Shown here one piece after another: positions 1 through 7,985 of a stretch of 64,000 nt of DNA. Every line of letters starts with the position of its first letter. Position 1 is the first letter of the stretch. The notes beneath the pieces are model-generated. The model was given only the letters and a program-made list of their open reading frames with translations. It had not been told where the DNA came from and did not search any database. The DNA is from Gaiella sp. (lineage in GTDB: Bacteria; Actinomycetota; Thermoleophilia; Gaiellales; Gaiellaceae): NCBI RefSeq assembly GCF_035558935.1, contig NZ_DATMBZ010000014.1:244-64243 (forward strand), read 5' to 3'. A program made the translations under genes and the position numbers.

Positions 1-1
1 C

Positions 2-139
2 GAAGACTCGGCCGAGACCAACGCTGCCACCGCCGAGTGCAAGAAACAGCAGGCGGCAGACGCAGCGAAGTTTGCGCAGGACTACAAGAACCTTGGCCAG
101 TGCGTGAAGTCCCACAAGGGCGGCGACGACTCGGACTGA
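2..139 (+). CDS. 3' end of an unidentified protein (5' part outside window)
   Basis: Frame 2 is open from the window edge to TGA at 137-139 (..AECKKQQAADAAKFAQDYKNLGQCVKSHKGGDDSD*). Its composition looks protein-like. No family recognised. Confidence 0.4.
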   Translation, partial: EDSAETNAATAECKKQQAADAAKFAQDYKNLGQCVKSHKGGDDSD

Positions 140-235
140 CGGCGTCGGAGGTTACGGACCGGTGCGGGGGGCGGCGCGAGCCGCCCCTCTTGTTGCGTGC
201 CACCGACCCGTCCAGGCGGAGGCTCGGCCAGCAGG

Positions 236-481
236 CTATTCGATCCTGCTGCGGGGTTCGCGCCAGTTGTCGTCAGCCAGCAGGAGGTCATGGACGTCCT
301 CGAGCTCGGGTGCTCGGGCGAGGGCGGCGAGGACGTCTTCTTTCTCGTTCCGCGTCATCGCGATCACCTGAGCGCGGAACAGCAAAGCCTGCTCGAGCCT
401 TCGTCCGAGCGGACGTCGCTCCAACATTGCTGCGAGACGACGCACGACGTCGTCGTCGACCCAGACCCCTCCCATGATCAT
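236..481 (-). CDS. small hypothetical protein (81 aa)
   Basis: This is the inner part of ORF 236..652, starting at an internal ATG (MIMGGVWVDDDVVRRLAAMLERRPLGRRLEQALLF..). The text looks helical and protein-like, while the upstream part of the ORF is Arg/Gly junk. No family recognised. Confidence 0.45.
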   Translation of the reverse strand: MIMGGVWVDDDVVRRLAAMLERRPLGRRLEQALLFRAQVIAMTRNEKEDVLAALARAPELEDVHDLLLADDNWREPRSRIE

Positions 482-612
482 GCCGCAGTTCCTTCCTGTA
501 GCCGCAGTGGGGCCTTGCACGTTTTCCCTCGCGCCCCCGTCCCACAAACACGGCGCTACCGGAGATCCTCGGTGGAGACATCGTCTCCGCGACGCGCGTA
601 CCATCACACCCC

Positions 613-1245
613 ATGCGCGAGGTGCGCCCGGGTGTCTGGCACTGGCCATCACCTCATCCCGACTGGAACGAGGAGCAGTGGTGGCCCGAGCTGGTCTCGT
701 CGTACGGGATCGAGCTCGGCGACGAGCTCGTGCTGTTCGATCCGCTCTCGGTTCCCGACGAGCTGCGCCAGCGAGCGACCGCAGTCGCCCTGACCGCGCC
801 GTATCACGAGCGCGATGCCCGTCGGCTCGGTCTTCCGATCCACACGCCGCCCGCGGACACCTGGCAGGACTGGGTCGAGAAGTTCGGCGTCGACCCCGAC
901 GAGGTCCGCGGGATGGAAAGCGACGACCTCGCCTGGCTGCGCGCTGGTGACGGAGAAGGACACTTCAGGGGTCCCGGAGAGTGGCCCTTCGGCATCACCG
1001 CATACGCGGGTCGCGAGGACAACGATCTGGTCTTCTGGCTGCCGTCGATCAACGCGATCGTCACCGGAGACTCGCTCTCCGACTTCGGCGACGGACTGGA
1101 CATCCACCTCGGCGGCCGCAAGCATGTGAAGCGCGACGACGTCGCCGAGAGGCTCCGACCGCTGCTCGATCTCCCGATCGACTTCGTGCTGCCGGCGCAC
1201 GGTGAGCCGACGGGTCGCGCGGCGCTCGAGCGCGTGCTGTCGTAG
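613..1245 (+). CDS. metallo-beta-lactamase-fold-like hydrolase (tentative)
   Basis: 210-aa ORF with an ATG start. The ending ..VLPAHGEP.. is typical of the last metal-binding His of MBL-fold proteins. The canonical HxHxDH motif is degenerate (APYHERD), so the product call is weak. Confidence 0.55.
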   Translation: MREVRPGVWHWPSPHPDWNEEQWWPELVSSYGIELGDELVLFDPLSVPDELRQRATAVALTAPYHERDARRLGLPIHTPPADTWQDWVEKFGVDPDEVRGMESDDLAWLRAGDGEGHFRGPGEWPFGITAYAGREDNDLVFWLPSINAIVTGDSLSDFGDGLDIHLGGRKHVKRDDVAERLRPLLDLPIDFVLPAHGEPTGRAALERVLS

Positions 1246-2012
1246 TGGCGCCGGCAAGACGGTTGCGGGCGACTGCAGCCCTGGAAGATCGCATGGACGA
1301 AGCCCTTCTGGCGTGGTTCGACCGCGAGAGCCGTGACCTGCCCTGGCGGAGAACCCGCGACGCGTACGCGATCCTCGTCTCCGAGGTGATGCTGCAACAG
1401 ACCCAGGTCGAGCGCGTCGTCCCCCGGTACGAGCGCTGGATCGACCGCTGGCCGACCGCGGAGGCGCTCGCCGCGGCCTCCAGCGCGGACGTGATCGTCG
1501 AGTGGCAAGGCCTCGGCTACAACCGCCGGGCGATCTCGCTCCACCGCGCGGCGAAGCACGTCGCCGAGCACGGCTGGCCGGCCGACCTCACGGTGCTTCC
1601 GGGGGTCGGCCCCTATACCGCCGCGGCCGTTCGCAACTTCGCCCTCGGCGAGGACGTGCTGCCGCGGGACGTCAACGTCGAACGAGTGGAGCGCAGGACC
1701 GGACACGTCTTCTCGGCCTCGGCCGCGCAGGCGCTGATGGATCTCGGCGCGACCGTCTGCCTGGCCCGGATCCCGCGCTGCTCAGAGTGCCCTCTCGCCG
1801 CGGAGTGCCCGTCGGTCGGGACACGTGACGAGCCGGCGCGGAAGCAGTCGCGGTTCGAGGGATCGTTCCGTCAGAGGCGCGCCGCCACGCTACGAGCGGT
1901 CGCACAGGCACCGAGACGCGTGTCGGAGGTCGATCCCGAGGTCGTGCGCTCGCTCGCTACCGACGGCCTGGTCGTGATCGAGGACGACGTCGTCGCGCTG
2001 CCCACCTACTGA
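1245..2012 (+). CDS. A/G-specific adenine glycosylase-like HhH-GPD base-excision enzyme (short MutY/Nth family, no NUDIX domain)
   Basis: RDLPWRRTRDAYAILVSEVMLQQTQVERV matches the MutY N-terminus. LPGVGPYTAAAV is the helix-hairpin-helix. C-x6-C-x2-C-x5-C (CLARIPRCSECPLAAEC) is the 4Fe-4S loop. The GTG start overlaps the upstream stop (TAGTG); an alternative ATG lies at 1293. Confidence 0.85.
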   Translation: MAPARRLRATAALEDRMDEALLAWFDRESRDLPWRRTRDAYAILVSEVMLQQTQVERVVPRYERWIDRWPTAEALAAASSADVIVEWQGLGYNRRAISLHRAAKHVAEHGWPADLTVLPGVGPYTAAAVRNFALGEDVLPRDVNVERVERRTGHVFSASAAQALMDLGATVCLARIPRCSECPLAAECPSVGTRDEPARKQSRFEGSFRQRRAATLRAVAQAPRRVSEVDPEVVRSLATDGLVVIEDDVVALPTY

Positions 2013-2015
2013 GGC

Positions 2016-2444
2016 CTACCGGCCCTCGTCGTATCCGGGCCGGGCTTCGTCGAATCGGGGGAGCCCGTCGTCGGGGATCGCCTCCCAGGGCGCCGCGTAT
2101 GCGACGAAGGCTCGCGACCGAGGACGGATGCCCGGGTCCCCGTCGATCGCCCCGAGGCGGACGCCGGTGTAGATGCCCGATCCCGGCTCGCAGCTGAACA
2201 ACGCCGAGCCGCAGCGGGCGCAGAAGATCTTCTCGCGACCACCCTCCGGCGTCCAGCCGCGGAGCTCGTCCTCCCCCTGCACGACGAGCACCGACCCGGG
2301 CACGGCCCGCGCGTTGGCCGACGACGCCGTGCCGGTGCGCCGTTGGCAACGCGTGCAATGGCAGTAGCCGGCCGACAGGAACGGCTCGACCACTTCGAAG
2401 CGAACGGCCCCGCACCCGCAGCCGCCCGTAATCTGCCGGCGCAT
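2016..2444 (-). CDS. GFA (glutathione-dependent formaldehyde-activating / CENP-V-like) family zinc protein
   Basis: Cys pattern GGCGCGAVRF..GYCHCTRCQRRTG...FCARCGS is typical of the GFA family. The start is placed at the internal ATG (MRRQITGG); the upstream part of ORF 2016..2591 looks non-coding. Confidence 0.8.
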   Translation of the reverse strand: MRRQITGGCGCGAVRFEVVEPFLSAGYCHCTRCQRRTGTASSANARAVPGSVLVVQGEDELRGWTPEGGREKIFCARCGSALFSCEPGSGIYTGVRLGAIDGDPGIRPRSRAFVAYAAPWEAIPDDGLPRFDEARPGYDEGR

Positions 2445-2789
2445 CCCCCCGAGCGTACAACCGTTGGCGGAGCGTGCAGCGCCGACGTGCGAGCCCCGAG
2501 CGAGTGACAGCCCCGGTTGCGTCGCTTCTGCCCGTCGGCGCACCCGGGGCTGTGAGGAGAAGGCCGTGACACGCGCCGTGCGCCGTGTCACCCGTCGACT
2601 CCGGTGAGGACGTGGTCGCGGACGGACCTCGCGACCTGCGCATCGTCCGCGTGAGCGTCGATGCGCGCGCTAGCTAGTCCGGTGGAATCTGCTCCAACAT
2701 CAACCCTTCCATGTCGAAGGGACTGTCTCCTTCGACCATAGCGCGTCGAGCAGTCGCCGGGTAGTCCCGATCGGGCCGAGCTCCCCCGC

Positions 2790-3275
2790 TCAGACCTGGA
2801 CGCTGAGCAGCGCGACGGCCTGGGCGGCGAGCCCTTCGCCGCGCCCGGCGAACCCGAGCCGGTCGGTCGTCGTGGCACGTACGTTGACGAGCTCGCGCTC
2901 GACGCCGAGGGCACCGGCGAGTCGGTCGCGCATCTCCTCGCGGCGCGACGCGATCCTCGGCTCCTGGCCGATCACGACGCAGTCGGCGTTGACCAGGGCG
3001 AAGCCGGCCTGCCGCACGTGCCCGTAGGCCTCGGCCAGCAATGCCAGGGAGTCGGCGCCGAGGTAGCGGTCGTCGTCGGACGGGAACAGGGCGCCGATGT
3101 CCGCCAGGCCCGCGGCACCGAGCAGCGCATCGGTCAAGGCGTGAGCGACCACGTCGCCGTCGGAGTGCCCGACGAGGCCGAGCGGGTGGTCGAACCTGAC
3201 GCCGCCGAGGACGAGCGGTACGCCCTCCCCGAACGCGTGCGCATCGACGCCCAGACCGACGCGGTGCGCGCTCAC
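2790..3275 (-). CDS. ispF: 2-C-methyl-D-erythritol 2,4-cyclodiphosphate synthase
   Basis: RVGLGVDAHAF...GHSDGDVVAHALTDALLGA...ATTTDRLGFAGRGEGLAA are IspF signatures. Confidence 0.95.
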   Translation of the reverse strand: MSAHRVGLGVDAHAFGEGVPLVLGGVRFDHPLGLVGHSDGDVVAHALTDALLGAAGLADIGALFPSDDDRYLGADSLALLAEAYGHVRQAGFALVNADCVVIGQEPRIASRREEMRDRLAGALGVERELVNVRATTTDRLGFAGRGEGLAAQAVALLSVQV

Positions 3276-3321
3276 GGCGCACTGCGCACGGCGAGCGCAC
3301 GGCGCGTGGCTCCGGCGTCCC

Positions 3322-3930
3322 TCATTCTCGGGAGGCTAACGCGTCGGGCACCTCTGCCAACGACTCGACGGCGATCGCGCCGACCGGGGTCGCCTGCAGC
3401 ATGCCCCACGGGCCACGCCGCAGGTGCACGGCGACGAGCCCGGCGGCGAGGGCCGGACGGGCGTCGTTGTCGGCGCGGTCGCCGACGTACGCGACCTCGC
3501 CCGGTTCGGTGCCGGCCAGGTCCACGAGCCTGTGGAAGAACGCGGGGTCCGGCTTCTGGACGCCCAGGCTCGCCGCGCCGGTGACGACGTCCACGGGCAG
3601 GCCGGCCGAGCGGGCCCATCGCTCGAGCTGCTCGTTCTGGTTGCCTGCGAGGCCGACGACCATCCCGGCCTCTCGCAGGCGCTCGAGGCACTCGAGCGCG
3701 TCGGGATAGAGGTCGTCGGTCGAATACACGAGGCCCTCCCATGCCAGAGGTCGTTCGACGCCCAGATGGCCCCAGAGCTCCCAGTGCTCCTCCCCGCGCT
3801 CGATCGTCTTGCCGAGCGCCGCCCACACGACGTGCGGTCCGACTCCGGCCGCGTCGGCCATCTCGCGCCAGTAGCGCTGCTCGTCGACGAGCGTCTCGCC
3901 GACATCGAAGAACACCGCGCGCACGGGCAT
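3322..3930 (-). CDS. HAD-superfamily hydrolase (subfamily IA-like, atypical motif I)
   Basis: AVFFDVGETLVDE is motif I, but Gly replaces the second Asp. ..KPDPAFF.. and ..YVGDRADNDARPA.. are motifs III/IV. The gene sits between ispD and ispF. Confidence 0.85.
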   Translation of the reverse strand: MPVRAVFFDVGETLVDEQRYWREMADAAGVGPHVVWAALGKTIERGEEHWELWGHLGVERPLAWEGLVYSTDDLYPDALECLERLREAGMVVGLAGNQNEQLERWARSAGLPVDVVTGAASLGVQKPDPAFFHRLVDLAGTEPGEVAYVGDRADNDARPALAAGLVAVHLRRGPWGMLQATPVGAIAVESLAEVPDALASRE

Positions 3931-3934
3931 CGGC

Positions 3935-4636
3935 TCAGCCCTTCTCCAGTAGCCGGGATACGAGCCCGAGGTCCTCCGGCGTCGTGACCTTGAGGAGCCG
4001 GGGGTCGCCCGGCACGACGGCGACGGTTCCGCCGCCCCGCTCGACGAGCGACGCGCAGTCGGTTACGCCCCCGTGGCCCGAGGAGAACGCGGCGCGAAGA
4101 CGGTCGGCGAGGAAAGCCTGCGGTGTCTGGACGGCGACGAGGTCGTCCCGGTCGACCGTCTCGACGACGAGCCCGTGCTCGACGCGCTTCACCGTGTCGC
4201 CGATCGGCAGCGCGGGCACCGCGCCGTCGACGCCCTCGCCGAGCCGGTTTAGCAGCCGCTCGATCACGTCGTCATCGAGCAGTGGCCTCGCCGCGTCGTG
4301 GACGAGCACGACGAGCGCCTCAGCGGGCACCTCCGCGAGCGCGAGCCGCACGGACTCTGCCCGCGACGCACCGCCCGGAACGACCGCGGCCACCTTCGAC
4401 GCGACGAGCTCCTCGGAGAGAAGGATCGCGGGCTCCTCCCACCCCGGTGGCGCTGCAACCACGATCGCGTCGACCCACGGGGAGGCGTCGAGCCGCTCGA
4501 GGCTCTCGGCGAGGAGCGGACGGTCACCGAGCGCGGCGAACGCCTTGGGGCGGTCGGCACCGAGCCGCGAGCCCGTGCCGGCGGCGACCAGCACGCACCA
4601 GACGCCTCCGGCGGAGTCGCTAGAAGAGCTGCTCAC
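3935..4636 (-). CDS. ispD: 2-C-methyl-D-erythritol 4-phosphate cytidylyltransferase
   Basis: VLVAAGTGSRLGADRPKAF...VLVHDAARPLL...VQTPQAF are IspD signatures. The start is GTG. Confidence 0.92.
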   Translation of the reverse strand: MSSSSSDSAGGVWCVLVAAGTGSRLGADRPKAFAALGDRPLLAESLERLDASPWVDAIVVAAPPGWEEPAILLSEELVASKVAAVVPGGASRAESVRLALAEVPAEALVVLVHDAARPLLDDDVIERLLNRLGEGVDGAVPALPIGDTVKRVEHGLVVETVDRDDLVAVQTPQAFLADRLRAAFSSGHGGVTDCASLVERGGGTVAVVPGDPRLLKVTTPEDLGLVSRLLEKG

Positions 4637-4664
4637 GGTTGTTCACTGCCGGCCAGCAGGTCTT

Positions 4665-4693
4665 CTAGCGCTTTCGCGACGCGAAAGCGCTAG
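4665..4693. other. perfect 13-bp-stem/3-nt-loop palindrome between carD stop and ispD start
   Basis: CTAGCGCTTTCGC-GAC-GCGAAAGCGCTAG, read directly. It ends 2 nt from the carD stop codon (4696-4698). No T-tract follows. Confidence 0.6.
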
Positions 4694-4695
4694 GG

Positions 4696-5232
4696 CTACG
4701 CGGTTGCCGTGGCGGCCGTCTTCGGCTTCGCCTTCGCGCGCTTTCCCTTGGCAGGGTTGGCGAGCACTTCCTCGAGCCAGGTGTGCGCGTCGTCCTCGGT
4801 GAGGTCCTTCGCGTACATGAGCTCGGAGGCGAGGATCTTCTTCGCCTTGACGTACATCTGCTTCTCGCCGGTGGAAAGACCCTTCTCGTGATCGCGAAGC
4901 GCGAGGTTCCGCACGACTTCGGCAAGCTCGAGGATGTCGCCGGTCTTCATCTTGTCCCGGTTGTGCTTGAACCGACGGTTCCAGTTCTTGGGCATCTCGG
5001 TCGAGCCGCCGAGCAGGACCTTCTGCACGACCTCGACCATCTCGAGGTCGATGACGCCGCGGAGGCCGACCTTCTCGCAGTTGTCGACGGGCACGTTGAC
5101 CGTCATCTCGTTGTGGAGGATCCGGATGGTCAGGTACTCGCGCTCCTCACCGAGCACGACCTTGACCTCCTTCTTCTCGACGGTTCCCGCACCGTGGTGG
5201 GGATACACGACCTTGTCGCCGACATCGAACAC
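4696..5232 (-). CDS. carD: CarD-family RNA polymerase-binding transcription regulator
   Basis: FDVGDKVVYPHHGAGTVEKKE...NWNRRFKHNRDKMKTGD...VVRNLALRD matches CarD. The GTG start at 5232 is preceded by GGGAGGA; the longer ORF start at 5277 is less likely. It has a Lys/Ala-rich C-terminal tail. Confidence 0.93.
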   Translation of the reverse strand: MFDVGDKVVYPHHGAGTVEKKEVKVVLGEEREYLTIRILHNEMTVNVPVDNCEKVGLRGVIDLEMVEVVQKVLLGGSTEMPKNWNRRFKHNRDKMKTGDILELAEVVRNLALRDHEKGLSTGEKQMYVKAKKILASELMYAKDLTEDDAHTWLEEVLANPAKGKRAKAKPKTAATATA

Positions 5233-5316
5233 GCCTCGAGTCCTCCCGTCGTCCGGTCTTGTGTGTGCCTGACTCACGAAAAAGCGCCGGCCTGGATCCG
5301 CCGACGTGTGACCTCC

Positions 5317-5322
5317 ATTCTA
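5317..5322 (-). promoter_or_regulatory. candidate -10 box (TAGAAT) of carD
   Basis: The minus strand reads ..ttccggTAGAATggaggtc.., about 85 nt upstream of the carD start, in the radA-carD spacer. Confidence 0.3.
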
Positions 5323-5386
5323 CCGGAAGAAACCGCCCGGCTCCGGGGGAAATACGGGCTTTCGGGCCGTTCCCGAACGCGGATCC

Positions 5387-6751
5387 TCACGTCTCTTCGG
5401 TCGGAGGTCGTGGCGCCTCGAGCGCCGCGTGGAGCGCCTGCCGGAGCGTCTCGGCTCCGTCGACGCGCGGCCCGCGGTCGATCGTGCGCGTGCCCTCCGG
5501 GGCGACGACGGTGACCACACCGAGCTTCGTGCACTCCGCGAGCCGGCGCTCGGCTTGCGCGGCCTCCCGCAACCGGCCGGTGAGGCCCAGCTCACCGAAC
5601 GACGCCACCCCCTCGCGCAGCGGCACGCTCCGGGCGGCGGAGGCGATCGCAAGCGCGACAGCGAGGTCCGCGCCCGGCTCGTCGATTCGCACCCCGCCCG
5701 CGACGTTGACGAAGACGTCGGCGGCGCCGAGCGGGACGCCCGCGTGGCGCCCGAGCACTGCGACGATCATCGCGAGCCGCTTGGGGTCGACTCCGGTGCC
5801 CACGCGCCGCGGCATCGCAAGGTCGGTCCGCGACACGAGAGCCTGTACCTCGAGGAGCAGCGGCCGCGTTCCCTCGAGCGCGACCGCGACCGCGGCCCCG
5901 ACCTCGCCCGCGCGGGTCCGCCCGAAGAGGGCCGAGGGATCGGGCACGCCCACGAGCCCGGAGGCCGTCATCTCGAAGACGCCGAGCTCGTTCGTCGACC
6001 CGAAGCGGTTCTTGGTCGCCCGCAGGATCCGGTGCGCGTGGTACCGGTCGCCCTCGAACTGGAGCACGCAGTCGACGAGATGCTCGAGCACTCGGGGCCC
6101 GGCCACGGCGCCGTCCTTCGTCACGTGGCCGACCAGCACGGTCGCCACGCCGCTCTGCTTCGCGACGCGCAGGAGGCGAGACGCGGCCTCCCGGACCTGG
6201 GCGACCGAGCCCGGGGCCGAGCCCAGCTCACCTGCGTACAGGGTCTGCACGGAGTCGATGACGCACACCGCGGGCTTCTCGCGCTCGAGCGTCGCACAGA
6301 CGGCGTCGAGCTCGGTCTCGGCGAGGATCCGCACCTCGTCGGTCCCGCCCAGCCGCTCGGCCCGCAGACGCACCTGCGCGACCGACTCCTCGCCCGTCAC
6401 GAGGAGAGCGTCGCGGCCGCTTCGGGCGACCGCGCCGAGCGCGGAGAGGAGCAGCGTCGACTTGCCAACGCCGGGCTCGCCGCCGAGGAGGACCAGCGAG
6501 GCCGGGACGAGGCCGCCGCCCAGCACGCGGTCGAGCTCGGGAACGCCGGTCGCGAGGCGGGCAGCCTCCGCGACCTGTACGTCGCCGAGTCGCTGGGGCA
6601 TCCGGGCCGCTCCGCCGGCCGGTTGTCCGTCGCGCCCGTGCAGCTCCTCGACGAGCGTCCCGAACGCGCCGCACCCAGGGCATCGCCCGAGCCAGCGTCC
6701 GGTGGTCGCCCCGCACTCGCTGCAACTGAACTGGACGACGACCTTGGCCAT
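5387..6751 (-). CDS. radA: DNA repair protein RadA
   Basis: The N-terminal zinc ribbon is FSCSECGATTGRWLGRCPGCGAFGT. The Walker A motif is GGEPGVGKST. KNRFG and a Lon-like C-terminal domain are also present. Confidence 0.95.
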   Translation of the reverse strand: MAKVVVQFSCSECGATTGRWLGRCPGCGAFGTLVEELHGRDGQPAGGAARMPQRLGDVQVAEAARLATGVPELDRVLGGGLVPASLVLLGGEPGVGKSTLLLSALGAVARSGRDALLVTGEESVAQVRLRAERLGGTDEVRILAETELDAVCATLEREKPAVCVIDSVQTLYAGELGSAPGSVAQVREAASRLLRVAKQSGVATVLVGHVTKDGAVAGPRVLEHLVDCVLQFEGDRYHAHRILRATKNRFGSTNELGVFEMTASGLVGVPDPSALFGRTRAGEVGAAVAVALEGTRPLLLEVQALVSRTDLAMPRRVGTGVDPKRLAMIVAVLGRHAGVPLGAADVFVNVAGGVRIDEPGADLAVALAIASAARSVPLREGVASFGELGLTGRLREAAQAERRLAECTKLGVVTVVAPEGTRTIDRGPRVDGAETLRQALHAALEAPRPPTEET

Positions 6752-6787
6752 GCGGCCATGATACGACGCCGTCCGGACAGACGGCGC

Positions 6788-7030
6788 CTATCTTGACAAC
6801 GCGTACGTGCGGCCGACAGACGCAGTGGCCAGAGCAGCCTCGAGGTCGTGCCACAGGTCGTCGACGTCCTCGAGACCGACCGAGAGGCGCAGGAGCCCGA
6901 CGCTCTGCGCGACTTCGTGCCCGACCGCCTCGCCGGCAGGCCGGAGGTCGGGCACGTCGAGACGCGCGTCGTGTACGAGCACGCGCAGCGCCCCGTGCTC
7001 GAGCCGCTCGAGTGACGCCCAGCAGGGCGC
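6788..7030 (-). pseudogene. remnant of the C-terminus of a Cys/Met-metabolism PLP-dependent enzyme (cystathionine gamma-synthase / O-acylhomoserine sulfhydrylase family)
   Basis: ..GLLRLSVGLEDVDDLWHDLEAAL.. is the conserved C-terminal signature of this family. Only about 80 codons are open, bounded by an upstream in-frame stop at 7031-7033. The roughly 300 N-terminal residues, including the PLP lysine, are absent. Confidence 0.5.
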
Positions 7031-7031
7031 C

Positions 7032-7037
7032 TATCCT
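7032..7037 (+). promoter_or_regulatory. candidate -10 box (TATCCT) 6 nt upstream of GTG 7044
   Basis: cTATCCTgcgatcGTG. The same CTATCCTG octamer occurs at two other putative promoters (47592-47597 minus, 49310-49315 plus). Confidence 0.35.
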
Positions 7038-7043
7038 GCGATC

Positions 7044-7985
7044 GTGAGCTCGATGCAGCGCTCGGGAGGCCACGACCGCGGACACGCCCACGACCATCGC
7101 GTCGCCTCGCGCCGCGCGCTCGGCGTCGTGCTCGCGCTCACCGTCGGGTTCACGGTGGTCGAGGTCGTCGGCGGCTTCCTCACCGACAGCCTCGCGCTGC
7201 TCGCGGACGCGGGGCACATGCTCTCCGACACCTTCGCGATCGGGCTCGCGCTCGTTGCGCTGACGCTCGCCGCGAGACCGTCGACGCCGCGCAGGAGCTT
7301 CGGCTTCCAGCGGGCCGAGATCCTCGCCGCGTTCGTGAACGGCCTCACGCTCGTCCTGATCTCCGGCTGGATCATCTGGGAGGCAGTCGGCCGCTTCCGG
7401 GACCCGCCGGACGTCCTCGGAGGCTGGATGCTCGCGGTCGCCGCCGTCGGGCTCGTCGTCAATGCGATCTCCGCCGCGATCCTCATGCGATCCGAGCACG
7501 CGAGCCTCAACATGCGCGCGGCCCTGCGTCACGTGCTCGCCGACTTCCTCGGCTCGCTCGGCGTGATCGTCGCCGCGGTCGTCATCCTGCTCAGCGGCTG
7601 GAATGTCGTCGACCCGCTCGTCTCGATCGCGATCGCGCTCCTCATCCTCGGCAGCGCGTGGGGCGTCCTCAGAGACTCGACGGCGATCCTGATGGAGGAG
7701 ACGCCGTCGGGCCTCGACGCCGACGCCGTCGCGCGGGCGATCACCGAGGTCCCCGGGGTCACGAGCGTCCATGACCTGCACGTGTGGACGATCACGTCCG
7801 GCTTCGAGGCGCTCTCGGCACATGTCCTCGTCGGGCGCGGTGAGGACTGCCACGGGCTGCGTCGCGAGATCGAGCGCGTGCTCGCGAGCCAGTTCGACAT
7901 CACGCACACGACGCTCCAGGTCGACCACGACGCGTCGGAAGCGCTGATCGAGCTCCAGAGCCCGGCCGCGACCCGACGCGGCTAA
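7044..7985 (+). CDS. cation diffusion facilitator family divalent-metal efflux transporter (CzcD/ZitB-like)
   Basis: It has a His-rich N-terminus (GGHDRGHAHDH), TM segments with LLADAGHMLSD and ...HVLADFLGSLGV, and a C-terminal VHDLHVWTITSG. The start is either GTG 7044 (leaderless geometry) or ATG 7053. Confidence 0.9.
   Translation: MSSMQRSGGHDRGHAHDHRVASRRALGVVLALTVGFTVVEVVGGFLTDSLALLADAGHMLSDTFAIGLALVALTLAARPSTPRRSFGFQRAEILAAFVNGLTLVLISGWIIWEAVGRFRDPPDVLGGWMLAVAAVGLVVNAISAAILMRSEHASLNMRAALRHVLADFLGSLGVIVAAVVILLSGWNVVDPLVSIAIALLILGSAWGVLRDSTAILMEETPSGLDADAVARAITEVPGVTSVHDLHVWTITSGFEALSAHVLVGRGEDCHGLRREIERVLASQFDITHTTLQVDHDASEALIELQSPAATRRG

Noticed and set aside
2588-2914. 108-aa minus-strand ORF whose tail (..IDAHADDAQVARSVRDHVLTGVDG*) reads protein-like downstream of ispF.
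   Set aside because: Its 5' two-thirds overlap ispF out of frame. No ATG, GTG or TTG occurs in frame after the ispF stop, so an independent small gene cannot be supported.
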